From the NCBI GenBank assembly GCA_964631865.1, contig CAZWAK010000020.1, positions 3,587 through 67,586 of the forward strand: 64,000 nucleotides of DNA, in the 5' to 3' direction. Both the position numbers and the translations under genes were made by a program. This document shows, in pieces, positions 38,702 to 47,216 of this stretch. The notes under the pieces were generated by a model. That model worked only from the letters and a program-made list of their open reading frames with translations, did not search any database and was not told the DNA's origin. The stretch is from an uncultured Heliobacteriaceae bacterium (GTDB taxonomy: Bacteria > Acidobacteriota > Blastocatellia > RBC074). The number at the start of each line of letters is the position of its first letter. Positions within the stretch are counted from its first letter, which is position 1.

Positions 38702-38908
38702 ATGAAGATCGAAGAACGCATTCAAGAGGCGATTACAAAGACTGAAGCATCGTTGAATAGCAACCCTGAGTTTCTCAAATTGCGGGAATTCTACTTGGAA
38801 ATGAAGGAAGCGGGAGTTGCTCAAAAACAAGAATACACCTTACCCCCACTCGACACTTCGGGACGGCGATTGCACGAGATGACCGTTAGTAAAATAACAA
38901 AGAAATAA
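38702..38908 (+). CDS. Small hypothetical protein (68 aa) coupled to the protease
   Basis: Starts 14 bp after the protease stop and shares its AT-rich composition. Confidence 0.6.
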   Translation: MKIEERIQEAITKTEASLNSNPEFLKLREFYLEMKEAGVAQKQEYTLPPLDTSGRRLHEMTVSKITKK

Positions 38909-38923
38909 TTTAGGAGACTTGGA

Positions 38924-40618
38924 ATGCCTACAGATGTAGTGATGCCGCAACTCGGCGAATCCATTGCCGAAGGAACGATTGTGCGTTGGTTGAAAAAAGT
39001 CGGTGACAGCGTGCAACGCGATGAACCGTTACTCGAAGTTTCGACCGACAAGGTAGACACCGAAATTCCTGCCGCTGCGGCGGGAACGTTGATTGCCATT
39101 CTCGCGCAGGAAGGCGAAACCGTCGCGGTGAATGCGGTCATTGCACAACTCGGCGAAGCGGGAGAAGCTGCTGTGCCTGCCGCGCCTGCCGCAGCACCTG
39201 CGCCGCCGCCACCGCCTGCCGCGCCCGCTGCGGTTGCGCCGCCTGCGCTTGCTGCTCCGGCTGCGCCTGTTGCCGCTGGCGCTGCGACGAACGTTGTGAT
39301 GCCGCAACTCGGCGAATCCATTGCCGAAGGAACGATTGTGCGTTGGTTGAAAAAAGTCGGTGACAGCGTGCAACGCGATGAACCGTTACTCGAAGTTTCG
39401 ACCGACAAGGTAGACACCGAAATTCCTTCGCCCGTTGCGGGTACATTGTTGTCCATCCTCGCGCAAGAAGGTGACACTGTCGCGGTGAACACAGCGATTG
39501 CGACGATTGGCGAAGCCGGAGCCGCTGCCCCAGCCGCACCCGCGCCAACGCCTGCACCTGCTGCGCCCGCTGCACCTGCGCCGCCGCCTGTTGCACCGCC
39601 TGCCGCGCCTGCTGTGGCTGCGGCTGCTGCGGTGGGTGGTTCGATTGAAGATTTACGCCGCGTCAAATCTTCGCCCGTCGTGCGCAAGATCGCTTCTGAA
39701 CATAACGTTAACATCGCGCACATCGCGGGTTCCGGCATTTCCGGTCGCGTGACGAAGAAAGACATTCTCAACTTTATTGCGAATCCGCCTGCACGGCCTG
39801 CGGCTCCATTCGTTGCGCCGCCGCCCATTGTTGCACCGCCGCCTGTGGCTGCGCCTGTCGCGGCTCTGGCTGCGCCTGCGAAACCCGCTGCGCCAGCCTT
39901 CGCACCGGGCGAGCGCGTGAAGATCGAACCGATGTCGAAGATGCGCAAGTCCATTGCCGAACACATGGTCTTGAGCAAACACACCGCGCCGCACGTCACG
40001 ACGTTCTTTGAAGTGGACTTCACGAACATCGCGCGCTTGCGTGATCGCGTGAAAAAAGACTTCGAGGCGAAAAACGGCGCGAAACTCACGTTCATGCCGT
40101 TCATCATCAAAGCCACGATTGACGCGCTCAAAGCCTTGCCCATCGTGAATGCTTCGCTGGATGGCGACAACATCGTTTACAAACAAGACATCAACATCGG
40201 GATGGCTGTTGCGCTGGATTGGGGCTTGATCGTCCCCGTTATCAAACAAGCCGATTCGATGAATCTAATCGGCCTTGCACGCGCCACGCAAGACCTCGCT
40301 GCACGCGCACGCGGCAAGCAACTCAAGCCCGATGAAATCGCGGGCGGCACATTCTCAATCACGAACTTCGGCTTGTTCGGAGGCTTGACTGCAACACCGG
40401 TCATCAATCAACCGCAATCCGCGATCCTCGGTGTCGGCGGCATTCACAAACGTCCCTGGGTGATGGAAACCGAACACGGCGACGTGATTGCGATTCGCCA
40501 CATCGGCATCCTGAGCCTGTCGTTCGATCATCGTCTGATTGACGGCGCGGTTGGCGATGAGTTTTTGGCGACGATGAAGAAATCGCTGGAAACAACCGAT
40601 TTTTCGGGTTTGCTGTAA
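38924..40618 (+). CDS. 2-oxoacid dehydrogenase E2 (dihydrolipoamide acyltransferase, SucB/DlaT-like) with two lipoyl domains
   Basis: Two EVSTDKVDTEIP lipoyl motifs, Ala/Pro linkers, E3-binding SSPVVRKIA, catalytic SFDHRLIDG. Confidence 0.95.
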   Translation: MPTDVVMPQLGESIAEGTIVRWLKKVGDSVQRDEPLLEVSTDKVDTEIPAAAAGTLIAILAQEGETVAVNAVIAQLGEAGEAAVPAAPAAAPAPPPPPAAPAAVAPPALAAPAAPVAAGAATNVVMPQLGESIAEGTIVRWLKKVGDSVQRDEPLLEVSTDKVDTEIPSPVAGTLLSILAQEGDTVAVNTAIATIGEAGAAAPAAPAPTPAPAAPAAPAPPPVAPPAAPAVAAAAAVGGSIEDLRRVKSSPVVRKIASEHNVNIAHIAGSGISGRVTKKDILNFIANPPARPAAPFVAPPPIVAPPPVAAPVAALAAPAKPAAPAFAPGERVKIEPMSKMRKSIAEHMVLSKHTAPHVTTFFEVDFTNIARLRDRVKKDFEAKNGAKLTFMPFIIKATIDALKALPIVNASLDGDNIVYKQDINIGMAVALDWGLIVPVIKQADSMNLIGLARATQDLAARARGKQLKPDEIAGGTFSITNFGLFGGLTATPVINQPQSAILGVGGIHKRPWVMETEHGDVIAIRHIGILSLSFDHRLIDGAVGDEFLATMKKSLETTDFSGLL

Positions 40619-40621
40619 ACC

Positions 40622-40735
40622 AAAAGCATTCTCGATTCTCCATTCTCAATTCTCCATTCGCAGGCCGGGAAAGATCGAACAACGACTTCCTGGCAAAGAA
40701 TTGAGAATGGAGAATCGAGAATTGAGAATGCTTTT
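40622..40735. repeat. Inverted heptamer-repeat element (ATTCTCV vs BGAGAAT) with 12-bp terminal IR
   Basis: AAAAGCATTCTC...(40622-40659) and ...GAGAATGCTTTT (40698-40735). Ends 3 nt before lipB ATG. Confidence 0.9.
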
Positions 40736-40738
40736 CCC

Positions 40739-41395
40739 ATGAAGGTTTGCGAATATCGTTATCTCGGTCGCACCCCTTACGCCGAAGCTTTAGCGTTGCA
40801 ACAAGCACTGCACGATGCGCGCAAGCGTGACGAAGTTTCGGACACGCTGCTCTTGCTCGAACATCCGCACGTCATTACACTGGGGCGCGGAGCGAATCGC
40901 GCGAATATTCTCGCCGATGAGCAGACGCGCGCCGCGAAGCACGTCGAATTATTTGAAACGGGTCGCGGCGGCGATGTTACCTATCACGGGCCAGGGCAGC
41001 TCGTCGGCTATCCCATCATCAACTTAGCGCCGGATCGTCAGGATGTGCGCCGTTACGTGCGCGACATCCAGGAGGTACTCGTGCGCACCGCGCGGGACTT
41101 CGGCGTCGAGGCCGAACCGCGCGGCGGGGAATATGTGGGCGTTTGGGTCGGTGATGACAAGCTCGCGGCCATCGGCATTCGCATTTCGCGTTGGGTGACG
41201 ATGCACGGCTTCGCCTTCAATGTCTCGACCGATTTAGATTACTTCAACCTCATCATTCCTTGCGGCATCGCCGCTCACGGTGTAACCTCACTCGAAAAAA
41301 TTCTTGGAGAAACAATCGCACTCGAAGCCGTCGCCGAAGCCGTCACGAAACATTTCGGCGATGTATTTCAACGTGAAATCGTCAGTCGTTCGTAG
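40739..41395 (+). CDS. lipB: Lipoyl(octanoyl) transferase
   Basis: LLEHPHVITLG, RGGDVTYHGPGQLVGYPI, KLAAIG, TMHGFAFN, IIPCG. Confidence 0.96.
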   Translation: MKVCEYRYLGRTPYAEALALQQALHDARKRDEVSDTLLLLEHPHVITLGRGANRANILADEQTRAAKHVELFETGRGGDVTYHGPGQLVGYPIINLAPDRQDVRRYVRDIQEVLVRTARDFGVEAEPRGGEYVGVWVGDDKLAAIGIRISRWVTMHGFAFNVSTDLDYFNLIIPCGIAAHGVTSLEKILGETIALEAVAEAVTKHFGDVFQREIVSRS

Positions 41396-41455
41396 TCCGT
41401 CGTCAGTTGGTTTCCAGACGAGGGCTACTGGCAACTGACAACGGACAACGGACAA
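41384..41455. repeat. Inverted heptamer-repeat element (GTCCGTY vs CAACGGA)
   Basis: GTCCGTCGTCAGTTG (41395-41409) pairs with CAACTGACAACGGAC (41432-41446). Contains the lipB stop and ends 2 nt before ATG 41458. Confidence 0.8.
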
Positions 41456-41457
41456 TC

Positions 41458-42756
41458 ATGCCCAATAAATTCAAACTCTCCCTGACACATCAAATCTTCA
41501 TCGGGCTGGGGCTTGGCATTCTGATCGGCGCGATGATTCATTACCTTTTTGACAGCAACCCACACGCCAAAGAACAAGCTATTCAATGGGTGCGCGTGCT
41601 GAGCCGCATCTTCCTGAGCCTCATCAAACTCATCATCGCCCCGCTGATTTTCTCGACGCTCGTCGTCGGCATCGCGGGCGCGGGCAGCATCAAAGCCGTC
41701 GGGCGCATCGGGATGAAGGCGATGGCCTATTTCACGTTTGCGACAATGTTGGCGCTCGTGATCGGCTTAGTTGCCGTCAACATCACACGTCCCGGCGATG
41801 GCGTGAATCTGCCGAACGAACAAAGCGCCGAAGCCAAAGAGATCGCCGAACGCGCAGGCAAAATGACGCCACAGGATCACATCGTCACGATCTTTCCGAC
41901 CAGCATCATCAAAGCGATGGCCGACAACGAAGTGTTGCAGATCGTCGTGTTCAGTTTGCTGTTTGCCGTCGCAGTCGCAGGCATCGGCGAGAAAGGCCGC
42001 CCGATGGTCGCGTGGTGCGAATCGTTGTCGGAGGCGATGTTCAAGTTCACGGCGTATGTCATGAACTTCGCGCCCTGGGGCGTGGGCGCGGCAATGGCCG
42101 TCACGGTCGGCAACAAAGGCTTGGGCGTGCTCATCAACTTGGGCAATATGATCCTGACGTTGTATGCCGCGTTGGCCGTGTTCATCCTGATCGTGCTCGT
42201 GCCCATCGCCTTCCTCATTCGCCTGCCCTTCAAACGCTTCTTCCAACTCGTCAAAGAACCCGCGATGCTGGCGTTCACGACGACGTCGAGCGAATCGGCG
42301 TTTCCCAAAGCACTCGAAAACATGGAACGCTTAGGCGTGCCGCGTCGCATCGTGAGTTTTATTTTGCCGCTCGGTTACAGCTTCAATCTCGACGGCTCGA
42401 CGTTGTATTTATCGCTGGCCGCGATGTTCGTTGCGCAAGCCGCCAACAAACCGCTTTCGATCTCGCAGCAAATCATTATGCTGTTGACGCTGATGCTTTC
42501 GACCAAAGGCATCGCCGCCGTGCCGCGCGCGTCGTTAGTCGTGTTGGCTGGCACGCTCGCGCAATTCGATTTGCCGCTCGAAGGCATTGCAGTGATTCTC
42601 GGCGTTGACGAATTGATGGATATGGCGCGCACGGCAACGAATGTGATCGGCAATTGTTTGGCGACGGCGGTGGTCGCGCGCTGGGAAGGCGAATTCAACG
42701 ATGCGGGTAATGAGGTTGTGGCCCCCATTGATCCTGCGACCGTTTCGCATCATTAA
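41458..42756 (+). CDS. Dicarboxylate/amino acid:cation symporter (GltP/DAACS family)
   Basis: IFLSLIKLIIAPLIFSTLV, AFTTTSSE, GYSFNLDGS, DMARTATNVIGN. Confidence 0.93.
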   Translation: MPNKFKLSLTHQIFIGLGLGILIGAMIHYLFDSNPHAKEQAIQWVRVLSRIFLSLIKLIIAPLIFSTLVVGIAGAGSIKAVGRIGMKAMAYFTFATMLALVIGLVAVNITRPGDGVNLPNEQSAEAKEIAERAGKMTPQDHIVTIFPTSIIKAMADNEVLQIVVFSLLFAVAVAGIGEKGRPMVAWCESLSEAMFKFTAYVMNFAPWGVGAAMAVTVGNKGLGVLINLGNMILTLYAALAVFILIVLVPIAFLIRLPFKRFFQLVKEPAMLAFTTTSSESAFPKALENMERLGVPRRIVSFILPLGYSFNLDGSTLYLSLAAMFVAQAANKPLSISQQIIMLLTLMLSTKGIAAVPRASLVVLAGTLAQFDLPLEGIAVILGVDELMDMARTATNVIGNCLATAVVARWEGEFNDAGNEVVAPIDPATVSHH

Positions 42757-42781
42757 CTCTAACTATAGACTTCAAGAAATG

Positions 42782-42876
42782 AACCACGAAGAAACGAAGA
42801 GCACGAAGAGGAGAAGCGCAGAATTTATTGAACTTTCTGTGGCTCCTTCGTGTTCTTTGTGATCTTCGTGGTGAAA
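42782..42876. repeat. Inverted nonamer-repeat element, copy 2 (opposite orientation to copy 1)
   Basis: 42850-42876 is the exact 27-nt reverse complement of 25549-25575. 42797-42808 matches the reverse complement of 25610-25621. Confidence 0.85.
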
Positions 42877-42914
42877 TGCTTTTTCTTGACCTCTATACAC
42901 CAAAGGAGACTCGC

Positions 42915-44279
42915 ATGAGCTTCAACGATGAAACCGTCGGCCCGCCGATTGATCGCGGCGACGAAACCACCAGCGATACGCGCGGCCTGGCGTTGCACAC
43001 CAAGATATTGATTGGTCTGGCAATCGGCGCAGTGCTCGGCGTCACCGCAAATTTGACTGTCGCATCAAGCCCCTGGCTCGCCTGGACGCTGAAAAATATT
43101 GCCGATCCGCTGGGGCAGATTTTTTTGCGCATGCTGTTTATGGTCGTCGTGCCGCTGGTCTTCACGTCGCTGGCATTGGGCGTCGCGCAACTCGGCGATT
43201 TGCGCAAACTGGGGCGCATCGGCTTGCGCGTGGCGATTTATTTCGTCGTGGTCTCCATCGTCGCGGCAGTGATCGGGCTGGTGCTGGTCAACGTTTTCAA
43301 GCCGGGCGAAGGCTTCTCGCCCGAAGTGCAGCAACAGTTGATGGCTGCCTACAGCGACGAAGCGCAGAAGCGGCAGCAACAAGCGACCGAGGGCGGCTTC
43401 GGCATCAGCACCTTCATCAACATTGTGCCGCGCAACCCGATTCAAGCTGCCGCGAACACGGACATGCTGGCGGTGATTTTCTTTGCGCTCATCTTTGGCA
43501 TCGCGTTGACGTTGATTCCGGGCGAGAAAGCCGACCCCGTGATGCGCGTGCTGGACGGCGTCAGCGAAGCCATCATCCGCATCGTCGGGATGGCCATGCA
43601 AATCGCGCCTTTCGCCGTCGCGGCCTTGATTTTCGCTACGACGGCGCGCTTCGGCTGGGGCTTGCTCAGGAGTCTGCTGTCCTACGCGCTGATCGTGTTG
43701 GCGGGCTTGTTCATTCATCAATTCGGCGTCTTTGCGCTGCTGCTCAAGTTTTTGGTCAAGCTCAACCCGCTCACGTTTTATCGCAAGATCACACCTGTGA
43801 TGGTGACAGCGTTTTCCACGAGTTCCTCGAACGCGACGTTGCCGACCTCAATCAAAACCGCCGAAGAAGAGTTGGGCGTGCCGCCGCAAATCACGGGCTT
43901 CGTGTTGCCGCTTGGCGCAACGATGAATATGAACGGCACGGCGTTGTTTGAGGGCGTGACGTGCGTCTTCCTCGCGCAAGTGTTCGGTGTGGAGTTAAGT
44001 CTCGGCCAGCAATTGATCGTCATTGCGCTGTCGGTGCTGATGGCGATTGGCGCGGCGGGCGTGCCCGGCGGTTCGTTGCCACTGCTGATGATTGTGCTCA
44101 GTACCATTGGCGTGCCGCCCGGCGGCATTGCTATCATCCTCGGCATTGACCGCATCCTCGATATGTCGCGCACCGTCCCGAACGTCACGGGCGATTTGAC
44201 CTGTGCCTGTTACATCGCGCGCACCGAAGGCGTAGATTTACTCGCCGCTCCGCAGCCCGCGCATTCGGTGGCGGATTAG
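42915..44279 (+). CDS. Second DAACS family symporter
   Basis: FLRMLFMVVVPLVF, AFSTSSSNATLP, GATMNMNGTALF, DMSRTVPNVTGD. AAGGAG RBS before ATG 42915. Confidence 0.93.
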   Translation: MSFNDETVGPPIDRGDETTSDTRGLALHTKILIGLAIGAVLGVTANLTVASSPWLAWTLKNIADPLGQIFLRMLFMVVVPLVFTSLALGVAQLGDLRKLGRIGLRVAIYFVVVSIVAAVIGLVLVNVFKPGEGFSPEVQQQLMAAYSDEAQKRQQQATEGGFGISTFINIVPRNPIQAAANTDMLAVIFFALIFGIALTLIPGEKADPVMRVLDGVSEAIIRIVGMAMQIAPFAVAALIFATTARFGWGLLRSLLSYALIVLAGLFIHQFGVFALLLKFLVKLNPLTFYRKITPVMVTAFSTSSSNATLPTSIKTAEEELGVPPQITGFVLPLGATMNMNGTALFEGVTCVFLAQVFGVELSLGQQLIVIALSVLMAIGAAGVPGGSLPLLMIVLSTIGVPPGGIAIILGIDRILDMSRTVPNVTGDLTCACYIARTEGVDLLAAPQPAHSVAD

Positions 44280-44419
44280 CAGAGTCGTCCGTGACCTGCG
44301 GCGCGCGCCCGTCGAAAGCAATGCCTGGATGCAGGAGATTGAATTTCCGACGAGCGATTTCGGGTGAATGATTCCGTTTGAGAAAATCGCGCCATCGCAA
44401 GTCAAGGAGCCAAATTGAA

Positions 44420-44986
44420 ATGGGGGCATCGTTAGCCAGCAAGTACAAAAAATCTCTGACGGAGCAATGGGCGCTTCGTTTCAAGACGATTCATCCCGAT
44501 GGCGATAATTACGATGGCCTGGTAACGCACATCAAGTCGGATTTCATTGTCATTCGAGCGGAGCGGGATTTTGAATTCGATGGGGTCATCATTTTGCCGA
44601 AGCGCGTCATCAAAGGCTATCGTGACAATCGTTACGATGAGTGTTGCAACAAAATCCTTCGACAGAATGGGCAAATCGGAAAGTTGAAAACGCCGCATTG
44701 GCTGAATAACTGTGACTCTATCTTTGACGTGCTGACAGCCATGCAAAAAAGGAACATTTGGCCTGCCGTTGAAATGCTGCGCGATGAAGGCAAAGATTCA
44801 GCCTTTTATATCGGGCCGCTTGAAGGCGTTTATGAAGATTCTTTTTATCTTCACTGCTATGACGCAGCGGGCAAGTGGGAAAAGCCTTACTATTTGACCA
44901 TCGCTAACATTTTCAGAATCGAATTGGATAGCAAATATTGCAGGCATTTCAATCGTTATATGAAAGCGGTGAATCCTCCAACATAA
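44420..44986 (+). CDS. Hypothetical protein (AT-rich)
   Basis: AAGGAG RBS, 188-aa ORF with two beta-rich halves. No family recognised. Confidence 0.65.
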   Translation: MGASLASKYKKSLTEQWALRFKTIHPDGDNYDGLVTHIKSDFIVIRAERDFEFDGVIILPKRVIKGYRDNRYDECCNKILRQNGQIGKLKTPHWLNNCDSIFDVLTAMQKRNIWPAVEMLRDEGKDSAFYIGPLEGVYEDSFYLHCYDAAGKWEKPYYLTIANIFRIELDSKYCRHFNRYMKAVNPPT

Positions 44987-45010
44987 ACCGGATTTGATGG
45001 AGAGGCTTGT

Positions 45011-45319
45011 ATGACAGAAGCAGAACTCAAAGCAAAGTGGACACGCGAACATTTTGAGGAAATCAAGGCACAAGGGTTTAGCAGCCCAAGTGAAACATAC
45101 GAAGATTATCTTGAAATGCGACGCGAACAAGAAGAACTGCGCGAGCATCAGCTTCAGGAAATCCTTGCTGACTATGGCACGTTACCGCACGAAGAACCGC
45201 CCGATATAGACGAAGAGAATCGTCGTCTGACCATCCGCCAGAAAAAGCTTTCGGAATTCTTTGCTGAATCGCCCCTCGTTGGCGTCGAACTTGATCTCAC
45301 ACGCGATTCTCACTCGTAA
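45011..45319 (+). CDS. Hypothetical acidic protein with antitoxin-like C-terminus
   Basis: GGAGAGG RBS. C-terminus LSEFFAESPLVGVELDLTRD resembles the tails of VapB/Phd-type antitoxins (from recall). Confidence 0.6.
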   Translation: MTEAELKAKWTREHFEEIKAQGFSSPSETYEDYLEMRREQEELREHQLQEILADYGTLPHEEPPDIDEENRRLTIRQKKLSEFFAESPLVGVELDLTRDSHS

Positions 45320-45339
45320 CTGCACTTCTCCCGATTCGC

Positions 45340-45348
45340 TGCTATAAT
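45340..45348 (+). promoter_or_regulatory. Extended -10 promoter element for lipA
   Basis: TGCTATAAT (TGn + perfect -10) ends 8 nt before ATG 45357. No SD sequence. Confidence 0.6.
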
Positions 45349-45356
45349 CCCCAGCC

Positions 45357-46301
45357 ATGACAACAGCGAAACAAATTGCACCCAAGCCCAAGTGGTTGAA
45401 GATTCGGCTCAACACGGGCGGCGAATATCAACAGATCAAACATCTCGTCAACGATCTGAGCCTGCACACCGTGTGTCAGGAAGCGCGTTGCCCGAACATC
45501 TATGAATGCTGGTCGCACGGCACGGCGACGTTCATGATCTCCGGCGAGGTTTGCACGCGGCGTTGTGGCTTTTGCGCGGTCAGCAAAGGCGCGCCCGTTC
45601 TGCTCGACCCGCAGGAACCGCAGCACGTCGCCGAGGCTGTGCGCAAGATGGGCGTCAAGCACGCCGTCATCACCAGCGTGAATCGCGACGATCTGCCCGA
45701 CGGCGCGGCTTCGCATTGGGTCGCCACGATCAATGCCGTGCGCGCGCTGAATCCGCACACGAAAGTCGAAGTGCTGACTCCTGACTTCGAGGGCAACACC
45801 ACCGCGATGGATATGATCTTTGCCGCGCGTCCCGACGTGCTGAATCACAACACCGAAACCGTGCCGCGACTGTATCGCCGGGTGCGCCCGCACGCGAAGT
45901 ATCACGAATGGACGATGATGCTCTTGACGCGCGCGGGCAAGTTCCGCGACGAACACGCACCGCAGATGTTGACGAAGTCGGGCCTTATGGTCGGCTTGGG
46001 CGAAACGACTGAAGAAGTCATCGCCACGATGCGCGATTTGCGGAGCGTGGACTGCGACATCTTGACGATTGGTCAGTATCTGCAACCCGCGCCGAAGCGG
46101 TTGAAAGTCGAAAAATACTACACGCCGGATGAGTTTGCGGAATTCAAAGCGATGGGCTTGGAGATGGGCTTTCGCTATGTCGAATCGGGGCCGCTCGTGC
46201 GGTCAAGTTATCACGCGCACGAACATACGGCGGGCGCGCAACCGATTGCGGTGCTGACTCCAAACAAACGCGAATTGCCGGTTCTGAATTTTTCGGCGTA
46301 G
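45357..46301 (+). CDS. lipA: Lipoyl synthase
   Basis: CQEARCPNIYEC auxiliary cluster, CTRRCGFC radical SAM motif, NHNTETVPRL, GPLVRSSYHA. Confidence 0.97.
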   Translation: MTTAKQIAPKPKWLKIRLNTGGEYQQIKHLVNDLSLHTVCQEARCPNIYECWSHGTATFMISGEVCTRRCGFCAVSKGAPVLLDPQEPQHVAEAVRKMGVKHAVITSVNRDDLPDGAASHWVATINAVRALNPHTKVEVLTPDFEGNTTAMDMIFAARPDVLNHNTETVPRLYRRVRPHAKYHEWTMMLLTRAGKFRDEHAPQMLTKSGLMVGLGETTEEVIATMRDLRSVDCDILTIGQYLQPAPKRLKVEKYYTPDEFAEFKAMGLEMGFRYVESGPLVRSSYHAHEHTAGAQPIAVLTPNKRELPVLNFSA

Positions 46302-46307
46302 GAGCCA

Positions 46308-46874
46308 ATGGTTATGACTACGATAGCTCGACGTTGGACATCAGCGGATTTGGCGATGTTGCCGGACGACAACAATCGCTACGAGATCATTGCCGGCGAG
46401 TTGTATGTTTCTGGCCTGCCGCATTACGCGCACCAACGAGCCTGCACTAACATCTGTGGCTTGCTCGGAGAGTTTTCGCGGCAAACCAAGCTGGGCGAAC
46501 CAGTCTACGGACGGGGAATTCTTTTTGCCGAAGATGAAGAAGTGATTCCTGACATTGCTTGGGTAAGTCGCCAACGACGCAGCGAGATTTTGGGCGCGGA
46601 CGGGCATTTTCACGGTGCGCCCGAATTAACGATTGAAGTGCTTGCCTATTCAGACGCAGACGTGCAACGCGACCGTGAGGCGAAGCTCAACCTCTATGCG
46701 CGGCGCGGCGTGGATGAATACTGGATCGTGGATTGGAAAGCTCAGCAGGTCGAAGTTTATCGGCGCGTTGCGTCTGTGCTGGAACTGGTCGCCACATTGA
46801 GTGCCACAGAGACATTAACCTCGCCTCGGCTGCCCGGCTTTAGTTGTCTTGTCGGGGAAATATTCGAGGACTGA
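46308..46874 (+). CDS. Uma2 family PD-(D/E)XK endonuclease-like protein
   Basis: NRYEIIAGEL, IPDIAW, PELTIEV, DREAKLNLYARRGVDEYWIVD. Confidence 0.88.
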   Translation: MVMTTIARRWTSADLAMLPDDNNRYEIIAGELYVSGLPHYAHQRACTNICGLLGEFSRQTKLGEPVYGRGILFAEDEEVIPDIAWVSRQRRSEILGADGHFHGAPELTIEVLAYSDADVQRDREAKLNLYARRGVDEYWIVDWKAQQVEVYRRVASVLELVATLSATETLTSPRLPGFSCLVGEIFED

Positions 46875-46889
46875 CACTTTTACGAATTT

Positions 46890-47120
46890 ATGCCGAATCC
46901 GAATGCCAAACAGCCGCAGAATGTGCCGGGGCGCTTTTATGTGGACACGAATTGTATTGATTGCGATGTCTGCCGCGACTTAGCTGAAAACAATTTCACG
47001 CGCCACGATGATGGCGGCTATTCCTACGTGTACAAACAACCCACCACGCCGGAAGAAGAAGCCCTCTGTCAGGAAGCGTTGGAGGTTTGCCCCGTCGAAG
47101 CGATTGGAAAGACTGCTTAG
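46890..47120 (+). CDS. Single-cluster ferredoxin
   Basis: YVDTNCIDCDVC...CPVEAIG. Confidence 0.9.
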   Translation: MPNPNAKQPQNVPGRFYVDTNCIDCDVCRDLAENNFTRHDDGGYSYVYKQPTTPEEEALCQEALEVCPVEAIGKTA

Positions 47121-47121
47121 A

Positions 47122-47216
47122 GTAGACGGTAGACAGTAGACGGTAGACAGTAGGCGGTAGAAGAGCTATCGCGTGACATCGAACTACCGACTACCGTCTA
47201 CCGTCTACCGTCTACT
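47122..47216. repeat. Empty inverted heptamer element (GTAGACR x5.5 vs CTACCGT x4.5)
   Basis: Arms 47122-47160 and 47184-47215 around a 23-nt core. Same heptamer as the flanks of the four-helix-bundle gene. Confidence 0.92.

Noticed and set aside
46308-46874. Uma2 nuclease as a mobile or defence element
   Set aside because: It is a single gene of a very common multi-copy family with no supporting partners or repeats, so it is treated as ordinary.
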